Shown piece by piece: positions 9,993 through 21,276 of a DNA stretch of 64,000 nucleotides (position 1 is its first letter; each line of letters begins with the position of its first letter). This DNA comes from Cycas panzhihuaensis (Eukaryota; Plantae; Cycadophyta). The notes below the pieces were generated by a model. The model did not search any database. It was not told where the DNA came from and saw only the letters and a program-made list of their open reading frames with translations. The stretch is taken from contig CM041465.1 in NCBI GenBank assembly GCA_023213395.1, positions 152,155,741 through 152,219,740 of the forward strand, in the 5' to 3' direction. A program made the position numbers and the translations under genes.

Positions 9993-12156
9993 TGGTGGGC
10001 CCCATTTTTGGCTCCATCTTCGTACCACCAGAATTTTTGCAGTACTACTAGATCATTCACGGTACCGCGAAATTCGCGACGGTACGACTGTCTCAGGTTG
10101 GTTTTAAAAATTTGCCATGGCAATTTCGCATTTATTGCGAAACTGCCACGTGGCTCGCACCTTATTTCTCTTCCAGTCGCACCCTAATCGCACACTTTAG
10201 GGTTTTGCTTGAGTACTTAAACCATTTTTTACTCATTTTCAAGGGCTTTTTTGCTCACTTTTGGATTTGCTCTCAAGAAAACATCATCCTGCTCTGCTCT
10301 TCTCTGCTCTTCTACTGCCATCTTGGACGGCGTCCTCCTCCTTCAGCTCTCCTTTGGTGTGGCTGAGACATTCTCCCAGCCCCTCAAACACCTTGGAGAG
10401 GGCCTCTTTGGAGTGCTTTCCAGTTGATCTTTGCTCAGGCGGTCCATAAGTGCTCCCAAGTGCAGGTGTTTCCTCTCACATCTCCTTAGCAGGGTCTCAA
10501 ACCTGTTGTGCTTCAGATCTGGGCTGATTTCTCAGCCCCTCTCTGCTGTTCTTTGGCTGAGGCATACCCCTTGCCTCCCTTACTCAGGTACTCTTGGTTT
10601 AACATTATTTTTTTGTGATATTCATACTCAGTCTAGCTTGCTCTTTGCTTGATCTTGTAAGTTAGCTTTCCTTCCATTTGCAGGCTTTCATACCACTCTT
10701 TCTGTGCTTCTTGCCTGCGTTTACTACTTAAGGCAGCGGCGTTGAGGGGTGGCATAGGTTTTGGAGAGGAGCTGGGTAGATTTCGTACCACCTTCCATGC
10801 TCCCTAAGCGGCTCTAAGCCCTCCAAAGCCTCCCTCTCCCCCTGTGCTGCCCTTGGCTCGAAAGCAAGGGTTTGAAGGCTTCCTTTTGGTCACCCAAACC
10901 AGCACTGTCACAAGTTGCAGCGCTGATTTGGGGCCTTTTGCTCAGGTTTAGGCATCACTCATAAGTTCCAACCGCTGGTTTTTGCTTCACCTTCCTCCCG
11001 GCTACCCAGCTTGCTCCTCATAGCATCCCGGTCCACCGTGGGCTTTTTTGGGCCTCTCCTTGCCCCTCCACTACCATTTTCCAGCCCTTGCTCTTGGTCC
11101 TTTCCTCGCTGCCTCGTGGCTCTTGAGGGGAGGTTAGGGCATCATTTGCGGGAGGTAGGCCACTCTGAGGCTTATCGATCATTTGCTTCCGCCTTGGTCA
11201 CTCTTTCTTGGACACTTACTTGGTTGGATTGGTACTAACGCATGCATGTTTAGCTTTATATTTATCACTTGAGCATATACCGTTAGAACCTTGCATTACA
11301 TGTTAGCGTTCTTCCTCTGGGAAGGGAGAGACCGCCTTTGCTTGCAGGTATTCGGGGAACGCGGAGGATATCGCCCGTTAGTCCCGTTACCGGTAAGTAC
11401 CTTCGTATTTGTTATATTTTCGTGTTGTTTCACTTATTAGTTGGTGCTTCCTTTCTTTCTTGGCATCGCATTTGATTTTCCAGGGAAGGTAAGGAAGCCC
11501 CTCTTTTCTACCCGCTGCAACAACTTGCATCCGACGCGGCGCGTGGAACGGTTTGGTTCTCCTCGAGAAGGCTTCTTCATCACACACGCCCTCGGTCCAG
11601 GTGCACGTTTCGCTCTACTTTGCTACCTCCTTTTTGCCTTTTATTTTTCCTGTAGTAATTAGCACATTGGAAGAAAAAAGGGGAAATTTTGGTTTCGTGT
11701 CTGGTTGCATTTCATTTATTTTGTTATATATATTTTTACTTTTACCGTCCATAAGAAAGGTTGTAGGAACCCTCTTTCTCCACCTTTCTCCTCTTCTCTT
11801 CAACCACACAAGTGCCTTGCCTCTCGCATCACTCGTGTACCCGGTTAGGTTGTGTAGGCTTACTCTTGACTCTTTCCCTTTGGATTTCCTCTTCGCCCAT
11901 CTGGCCACCCAAGGGTGGGAGGGTCCTGCCTCTAGGTCAACCCAGGTTTGCCCCACGCACCTACACCCCTTGATCGAAGCGATGAAGGGTCACCCGATAG
12001 TAGCCATACTCCATTGCAGATCCCGAACTCGTGCTCCGGCACACGGGGCGCTCTGCGTGATAGTTACTCACCTCTTAGGTTCTACCTTCTATCATTTCAC
12101 CACTCACTCTCCCCCATACCTATCAATTAGGTAGTTATCCCGTAGCAGCACGTCCA
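9993..12156 (+). repeat. 3' LTR of Tat element (5' boundary inferred)
   Basis: 11346-12146 matches 1-800; proposed start TGGTGGGCCC at 9993 is an 8/10 inverted match to the 5' LTR end TGGCCCATCA, and the relative at 61213(-) has TGATGGCC at the homologous point; no convincing PPT. Confidence 0.6.
10060..10225 (+). promoter_or_regulatory. Putative LTR promoter (G-box, telo-box-like motifs, TATA-like)
   Basis: GCCACGTGGC 10145-10154, ACCCTAAT and TAGGGTTT, TACTTAAA followed by a CT-rich tract. Confidence 0.45.
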
Positions 12157-15100
12157 GAAGCTATGAAAACAAGGGGAAGAATAATTGAGGTAGGACAAAG
12201 CTCTAGGGACACATCAAGGTTAAAGTCAAAAGGCAAGAAGAGTAAGTTTAGATGTTGGCACTACGATAAGACAGATCACCTTAAGAAGGATTACTACAAA
12301 ATGAAGGAGTTCTAAAAAAGGAAGATCTTCCCAAGGAGGCTAATCAGGTGGAGTCAAATCAAGGTACAAATAATCTTAGTTGCTTGTAATGTTTCCCATT
12401 ATTACCATGATTGGTTATAGGATTTTGGTGCTTTATACCATATGTGTATATATAAGAGTTATTTTTTATTGTGCCAACCTCTTAATGGTGGTGATGTACT
12501 TATGGGAAATAAAGGTTCTTGTCAGATAGTGGGAATTGGTGGTATCAAAATTAAAACATTCTATGATGTAGTGAGAACATTAATTGAAGTTAGACATATA
12601 CCTAATCTAAAAAAGAATCTAATTTTCTTGGGTGAACTAGATTCTGGTGGTTATAAGTACAGAGGTTATGAAAGAGTCTTGGAGGTGTCAAAGGGCACCT
12701 TGGTTGTTATGAAAGCTTTAAAAAAAGGAAACCTTTGTATTTTGGTGGGAAGTACAAATGTCAGCCATGCAGCTATAAGAGTAAAGACTGTAGAAGATCC
12801 AGCTTGGTTATGGCATTAAACACTTGGGCATATGAGTGAGAGAGGACTTAAGATGTCGATGAACCATAAGTTACTTCTTAACTTAAAGCTTTTAGATTTG
12901 ACCTTTTATAAATATTGTACTTTTGGAAAGTAATATAAACTTAGGTTTAAAGTAGGAAGTCACATTAGTAAAGGTGTTCTAGATTATGTATATTCGAATG
13001 TGTGGGGACTAGCCCCTACAATATCTTTTAGGGGATCATTGTACTTTATCACATTTATAGATGATTACTCTAGAAAGGTATGGGTCTATTTTTTGAAAAA
13101 GAAATATGAAGTTTTCAATGTATTTAAGTAGTTCACAGCTCTAATTGAGAAGAGAACTCACAAGTCAATCAAATATTTAAGAACTGACTATGGAGGCGAG
13201 TTTAACTTTTTGGAGTTTGAGAACTATTATAGAAAAGTTAGGATCGAAAGGCATAAGACTACTAGCTATACTCTGTAGCAGAATGGCATCGCTGAATGCA
13301 TGAACACGACGCTCATAGAAAGAGCAAGAAGCATACTCTATAATGTAAGAGTGGAGTAGGGCTTATAGATAGAAGCTATTTAGACAACTTATTATTTAGA
13401 AAACAAGTCACCATCACTTGCAATAAACTACAAGATTCCTAAAGAGGTATGGACTAGACATCAATGTGACTATTCAAATTTGAAAGTTTTTATTTATGAT
13501 GCTTATGCCTTAACTAACAAAAGTCAACATTCAAAGTTAGATCTAGAATCCAAGAGATGTATCTTTGTTGGTTATGGTAATAAAGATGGTGTGAAGGGAA
13601 ACAAGTTGTGGGATCCTACTTCCCACAAAATCACTATTAATAGAGATGTTGTATTTGATAAATCTCTTTTTCTAAAATTAAATAGTGTGGAAGTTAAAAA
13701 AAATAAGAATAGAAAGTTGAATATCAATAGATCAAGTTTGAGACCCATCAAGTTTAGAAACAGAAAAGTAGGAAGAGCTTTTCGAAGATGAATCTATAGT
13801 AGATTTACAAGAGTATGTGGACACTCCTCCCCTAATTATTAGAAGATCTACATGAGTCAGTCATCCACCTGGCAGGTATAACCTTTCTATTTCTATTACT
13901 TTGGTTTCTACTGATGCTGAGTCTACATGCTATTAGGAAGTAGTATATGATATCTATAGTGAGAAGTGGAAGAGGGATATGTAGGAAGAGATAGATGCTT
14001 TAAAAAAATATACTTTATAGGACTTGGTAGAACTTCCGCATGGTAGGAAGATTGTTGGTTACATATGGGTTTTCAAGAAGAAAATAGATTTTGATGGAAA
14101 GATTAATAAATATAGGGTAAGACTGCTAGCTAAAGAATTTGTACAAAAAGTAAATAATGATTTTCATGAGATCTTTTTACCAGTTATTAAAATTGTTTTA
14201 ATTCAGGTTCTATTAGCATTTGTATCTTCTCTTGATTTAGAGTTGGAATAGCTAGATATAAAAATAGATTTTTTACATGGAGATTTAGATGAGAAGTTCT
14301 ATATGGATTAGCCATAAGGGTTTGTACAAGATGGAAAGAAAAGACTTATTTGTAGGCTCAAGAAATTATTGTATGGCCTAAAGTAATCACCTAGGCAATA
14401 GCATGGGAAGTTTGATACCTTCATGGAGATCCAAAATTTTAAAAGAAGTAAGTATGATCATTGTGTTTACTTTAAATTCATAGATAATGGATTATTCATT
14501 ATCTTAGTATTGTATATTGATGACATGCTAATTGTAAGCAAGAGTATGGCAGAAATCAACATGTGAAAGACTCAATTGGCTAGGACTTTTAATATGAAGG
14601 ATCTAGGAGTTACAAAATAAATCTTAGGAATGGAGATACATGGAGACAAGAAAAATGGTAAGCTATGGTTATCATAGAAGAAATATGTAGAGAAGGTGCT
14701 AACTAGAATTAGTATGGTGAATGTGAAACCATTTAGTATCCTATTAGCTTCTCATTTCAAGCTTTCTTTAAGTATGAGTCCTAATAGTAAAGAAGAAAAG
14801 GATTATATATCTTATGTACCTTATGTCAGTGCAGTAAAAAATTTGATGTATGCCATGGAATGTACAAGATCTGACATTATTCATACAGTCGATATAGTTA
14901 GCAGGTTTATGGAAAATCCATGAAAGGAATATTATGTAGAAGTGAAATGGATTCTTTAGTATTTGAGGGGTACAAGTGACTATTATATCAACTTTGAAGG
15001 TATAGGTAATTAGGTTTATAGATATATTGATTCAGACTTTAGAAGAGATTTAGATAATAGAAGGTCTACTCTAGGTTATATGTTTACCCTTACAAATGGT

Positions 15101-16188
15101 CTAGTTAATTGGATGTCAAAATTGTAGAGTATAATTACATTATCGACTATAGAAGTAGAATATGTTACTACTGCAGCACATGCTTGTAAGGAAGCAATCT
15201 AGTTACAAGGTCTCTTGCTTGAGCTTAAAAGGAAATAGGAAAAGGTAAAGGTATTTTGTGACAATTAATGTGCTATTTACTTAGCAAAGAGTCTAACTTA
15301 TTATAGTAGGATAAAGTATATTGCTCTTAAGTATTATTTTATTAGGCAGGTTATGGAAACATGTGGAGTGGAACATGAGAAGGTTAATACAAAATAGAAT
15401 TATACTAACATGTTCATAAAACTAGTACTATTAGAGAAGTTCAAATGGTGTTTGACTTATCTTGGTTTGTAGAAAAGGTGATAAATGATCCAAGAAAAGT
15501 ATCAAGTAAATTATTATAAAGGTGGAGATTGTTAAATAATGTGACAACAATGTTTTAGAGGTAAAAATTTTAATAGGTTGGCAGCGTGGTTTCTTCCCCA
15601 AACTTCCGCAAGGGGATTTAAAGGGGGCAAGCCCCTCTTGGAGGGCGGGTATGAGAGGACCCTCACCCCCCCCCCCCTCACAAAGAGGGAGTTTAGGGGT
15701 AATAGCCCCTGACCCAAAAAGCTAGCACTATGAAACATACTAAATTGTAAAGAGAATTGGGTTGTTTATTTAAAATACCCTAGATTTTATGGTTGAGATT
15801 TGTGTCTCGTATAACTTTCTCATATAGCCCAATTTATGGTGTTTTTTCATGATATTAATGGAATTCAATATATTAGATATATTGTAAGAAGTAGGGTGGT
15901 TAGTTATTATTGCTATGAATATTCTACTATAGATTGTGTACATTTCTCTATTCTTAGATAATAAAGATCGATACCCTTCTTGTGTGGATGTTTCCCTGGC
16001 ACACTGCTAGGGTTTTACTATATTATATCCAATGTATATATGATACTTTAGATTTTTGATTTATTTATTGTATTATCTTTGGTTTAAGAACTTGTATGTT
16101 AAATTTTAGTTTTAATTCATGTAACTAGTTGCAAACTAGTTTAAATCTTGGTGGTACTTTTAGTTGTTGGGACCTAGTTTTCTCAATA
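12157..16188 (+). mobile_element. Degenerate Ty1/Copia (Tork/Tnt1-like): gag end, PR, INT, RT, RH, 3' LTR
   Basis: Decayed zinc knuckle RCWHYDKTDHLKKDY ~12250; VRHIPNLKKNLI; SKRCIFVGYG; WVFKKK..KYRVRL; LYIDDML ~14510; PPT AAAGGTGGAGAT then TGTT at 15530. Confidence 0.9.
15530..16188 (+). repeat. 3' LTR of Copia A
   Basis: Starts TGTTA after the PPT; end inferred at ...TCTCAATA (decayed AACA); partner LTR lies outside the window. Confidence 0.55.
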
Positions 16189-16860
16189 ATGATCACTTTA
16201 GACTATGATACAATAGTTTATCCAACTATATCATTTGATAAATTAACAAACCTATTAGTGAGATATTAGATAATACTAGTCTAAGGTAACAAGATACAAG
16301 ATCCTTTATAAGTTGTTTTCATATACTCTAAGTTATTTCAATGACCTAAAACATAGAATTAGCAACCACAAATTATAGCTAAAACATATAATAATTCTAG
16401 ACACCGAAAATAGAATAAAGGTCCCAATCTTATATACAAGAATCCTAATCCTAGTTTTAACAACCTTAACCCTAGTTTATCATGGAATTTTAATCAACAC
16501 TCAATGCAAATTTTCCCCCATAGTCAAATTCCAATTAATTTAATTTTTTTAATTAGAAACCTATTTAGAATCCTAAGTTTAATTAAAATATAGTTTAAAC
16601 TTATACCTATTACCATAAAAAGTAATATACTAAAGTGGTTTATAGGAACAAAATAGTATTTGAGGTATGGAAAGCCTCTAAAAGAACTCAACAAAAGTAT
16701 ACTTAGTCTAACTACATTTACCTCTTCCTTTTCTACACCTACATCTTCTTCACCTCCTCTAGTTCTAAATTCAAGTATCTCCTACCATATGATGGAGGCA
16801 CCAAAATGATTTTTTCCTTGTATAAACCTAGTATTAATTTAAATGATAAAATATCATTCG

Positions 16861-19800
16861 TGTTGGGGTTAATGTCCCTTACTTAACTCCTACCTTAAGA
16901 ACATATGAGCACACACATCCTCATGGTAAGTTAAGGTAAGATTATTTTATTATACATTACCATTATTTTATATTATTTTAAATTTAGAGGTTGATAAGGA
17001 TTTTCTCCTCCCACCCAAGTGTGTATTTTATGGGGTTCAAAACCCTGGTGTTCTTTAACACCACCTTTATCAAAAGAATTTGTATGTACTCTCTTCACAG
17101 ATGGCTTAATACAATGATATTTATAATATGTACTCTTAATATAGCTTGAATGTTACTTTAATTTGTATGTTCACCTGCTCCACTTTGTTCTCCATACTCT
17201 AACATGGTATCAGAGCATATTGTTCTTGGGTCTCCAACATTATCTTAGCAAAATTTGTGTTGATCTTGGCAACATTTATGAAAGAGCATCAAGACCTTAG
17301 CTACATTTGGCTTCATTACTTAGCATCAAAGCAATAGATCTTGCCTATATTTATATTTGTGGATTTTAGGGCTACATTCAAGGCTAGATCTTGGCTACAT
17401 AAGCATATTGATCTTGGTAACATTAGTATCATAGCTTACAACAAGAAGTATATTGCTTTTATTCAGTTTTTTATAATATTTATTGATAGTTGTCATACTA
17501 TTTTTTGCTACAAACTTGATTATTTTGATCTATATGCTCAAAATAACCTATATTTTCTTAGATATATGCAATTTTCATAGCCATAATTAGCCTAAAAAAT
17601 ATTTAGAGCCATTACATTGGTATTTCAACTAATATTTCTTATGATTTTAATCTTTTTTCACTAATTTTTTGAGGTTTGTTTTACAACAGAATAATTTATA
17701 TTTTCTTAGATCTCTATAGAGTTTGCAAGTATAATCAACCCAACAAATATTTAGAGTAATTACATTGGCATTTCACCTAATATTATTTATGATTATAATT
17801 ATTTTCTACTAGATTTTTGAGGTTTTATAAGGAACCTAGATTTTTATAGCCTAGTACACTCTCCACGGTGATCCAAAACATATCAAGCAACCACTTGTTT
17901 TGAAGCTCTCTAAGTTAGTTCTACAATAGATTTGATGGATCTAAAAATTGTTATCCCTATGAGGAGATATCTCTCCTGGAACCTTGGTTACTCAGTTTTG
18001 GCAATGAAACCCCACTGCTCTCCTTTTGTTTACTTATTTTTCTCTTATTTTTTTGTTGTTTGACATTCAAGATTTGGGTGTAGGCCTAATATGAGGTAAA
18101 CAAAGCTATCTTAGTTATCTTTTGCATCCTTTGTGGGCTCTATGACCTCTAGAGAGTTATATGCCCTCCATAGATATCTGGCATAAAAATAACTCATTTT
18201 TGAATTGTTTCTCTTTGCATCTTCTCTGCAAGATCCTTTGTAGTCCCGTGGAACCCCCTCTTATTGAATCTCAGGTTGATTTACCTCCTATGTGAGCCAC
18301 ACAAACTTCCTCTATATATGTGCATCCTCCATGAGCTCCCTGCGTTCGCATGGTTCATTCTCTATCTGTGATAGTTTTTTTGCCATGAAATTTGAGAGGT
18401 GCTTAGGTAATAGCCTCATCTTACTCTCCCTAAATTTTTGTCTTGATTTGTCACTTTGAGCAGATTTGGTCTAATATGTATTCTTCTCTTTGTGTTTTAT
18501 TTTTCAAGATTAGGGAGAAACTCTTTCTTTTAAACCATTGTAGCTCTCCGTTTAACTATCAACACTAGCACTTATGACTACTTGTTTTGTTTGTCTTCGA
18601 GTCATCTTACCAAAAAAGAAGACAGATCTCGATTCATCCATCCATTTGTGAGATATCTTCATCAGATCACGAGGTACTTTGCCCATTTATGTCAAAAACT
18701 TGTGTAAGATTAAATTTGGATTTATTTATTTTTTTATTTTATTTTTTTCTAAAGTTTAAATTTAATTTAATTAAATTTGATAATTTTTTAGTTTTAGATG
18801 TGTTAGCCTCCCTTTGAACTTAGCCCCTAGTCTTATTTGCTCCATACGACCTTATTTTTTATAGATTTCAAATAACATTAAGGTATATTGTATAATTTTT
18901 TATTATTCAAAAACTATATTTCATATTCTATATAATTTGGATTCTATTAACTCCCTTGGGCCTCTAGAGGTTGGTCATATTGACCCCCTAGGTGACCTGG
19001 GCTTATTGATCAAAGGGGCTTAACCCCTTCCTTCTTTAGTTTTATGCCATAAAGAGGACCTTGGATATTTTCTTTAATAACTTGAGTTTTATAGCTCTAT
19101 TTTTTGAACCATTAAAATCGTTGGAAATATTTTTTAATACTCTACATATTAGAGCAAGTTTTGTCGCATTTTGATGCTATTTTATAGATCTTTAAATCCA
19201 TTAAAGTTAAGCCTCTATTTTAGTTCTAATTGGATATATTCTTAAGCTTACAAGTTATTTTTAGCTCTTTAGTATCAAATTAGCTTCTTGAAGATTAGGA
19301 GCCCTATTTGGATCAAAACGATAAATTAGTACTCCTTACCATTACTATTCTCTTTCTTTAACATTTACATTTGAATTTAAAAGGATTTCTTTAAGGCCTT
19401 TAATCACCTTTAAAACTTCAATATTACACCTAGTTTTCATATGAATTTATAAAAGATCATCTCTTTATTTCATCTACATTATTTTAAGGAAATTTTCTAG
19501 AAATTCCATACATCTTAAGGTTATTGGTTCACTAAGTAAAGAAGCATTCTTATTTTCCTTAAAGCCACTATATTTTTAAATATTGATAAGTACATTTTAG
19601 TACATAGTCATAAGCCATTTGTGGCTCCTTTATTCTTTTGAGGTTCATCTTATGTTAATAATTTCATTATATTTATAATTTTACTTCATAGTTCATCTCT
19701 TTAAAGCCTCATACATTTGTCATTACTTGAAGAAACTATAAGTTGCACATTGATTATTATTTCAAAGTCTAGTGCTTTGCATTTGAATATTGAAAGTTTT

Positions 19801-21276
19801 ATGCTTTTGGATCATAATTTTAATTCCTTATTGATTCATTTAAATCTTGTAGTAAAGGTGCATTTAGTTTCATTTCAACAAAGGTTGTTTATATTATTTT
19901 TCAAGGAGCACACATTCATGACTTTACATATTGTCTTTGATTTGAAAGGATCATTTGATGGTTATTTACTCTTAATAAGATTTTAAAATTAAAGGACCAT
20001 TTTTTCTCATTTTTAAAAAGCATTTCAAAGTTACATTTAGTTATTTGAAGGTACATTAACTTATTTTAAAGCCTTATAAAGGTTACTTTACAAATAGCAT
20101 TCATTGAATCTAATTTGAAAGGATTATTTATCATTTATTTGCCTCATTGTTTAAGGAGATATACCTCTTTTTTATTTCTCATTTCAGGATTGATTTCTCA
20201 TTAGAGGTTATGATTTATTAATTACAATGACAATGAATGAAAATAACTTAAGGTTTCCCATATTTGATGAGACTAACTTTCACATTTAGAAATATATTTT
20301 AAAAACCCATCTCATTGCAAATAATTTATGGCATTATGTAAGTGATGGTTATCTTGAGAATAAACTTAATTTTAGAGAAAACTTAAAAAAAGATAATGAA
20401 GCCTTAGCTCTAATTTTTTCAACACTAAATGATGATATATTCACTAGTGTTGGCAATTTAACCATATCAAAATCAGTTTGGGATATCCTAGACTCACTTT
20501 ATGAGGAAGAAATTTTAGATTTAAATAAATTTAATTATATTGACGAAGTATTTTTTGTGAGATAGATGACAGAGCAAGTGCTAGTTGATGAAAAGTCTAA
20601 TATTACATATAATGTTGAAGATTCCATTGAGACTAATGATCATATTGCTATATTTGAGACTACATATATATTTGACTTGGTTAACTCTCATCAAAAGGAC
20701 AAAGTTAAAGATGAAGACACTCATACTCATTTGAAGTAACTCACATCTACACTTTAACCATATTTTGTTAAAGACCACATGAAAAGGATAATGATGCAAG
20801 CTGTTATCCACTTCAAAGATGATGAAGCCAAAGGACACAAGGACAATCACCTTGTCAAAGTATACCTAAAGTACTTGTACCGCAAATTCAAAGAGAAACT
20901 GAAGAAGAAGTGATGAATATTAAAGAGGAGTATGTTGGGATTAATATCCCTCAATTAACTCCCACCTTAAGAACATGTGAGTGCACACATCCTCATGGTA
21001 AGTTAAGGTGAGATTATTTTAGTATGCATTATCATTATTTTATATTATTTTAAATTTAGAGGTTGAGGAGGATTCCCTCCTCCCTCCCAAGTATATATTT
21101 TATGGGGTTCAAAACCCTCATGTTCTTTAACATCACTTTCATCAAAGGAATTTGTATGTACTCTCCTCAAAGATGTCTTAATACAATGATACTTATATTA
21201 TATACTCTTAATATGTCTTGACTGTTACTTTGATTCGTATGTCCGCCTGTTCTACTTTGTTCTCCATACTCTTATA
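16861..21276 (+). mobile_element. Non-autonomous gag-only LTR element (TR-GAG-like), full length
   Basis: LTRs 16861-17204 and 20933-21276; Met PBS TGGTATCAGAGC at 17205; PPT AAAGAGGAG; TSD ATTCG/ATTTG; no pol recognised. Confidence 0.9.
20227..20913 (+). pseudogene. gag: Copia-type gag (N-terminal and UBN2-like part) with acidic tail
   Basis: RFPIFDETNFHI*KYILKTHLIANNLWHYVSDG...KKDNEALALIFSTLNDDIF...SKSVWDILDSLY. Confidence 0.8.

Larger units (their letters stand above)
1..12156 (+). mobile_element. Ty3/Gypsy LTR retrotransposon, Tat-type with downstream extra aRH; 5' LTR truncated by window edge
   Basis: Direct repeat 1-810 vs 11346-12156; tRNA-Arg-like PBS; gag-PR-RT-RH-INT order; aRH at 8737-9156; much higher GC than flanks. 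Confidence 0.95.
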
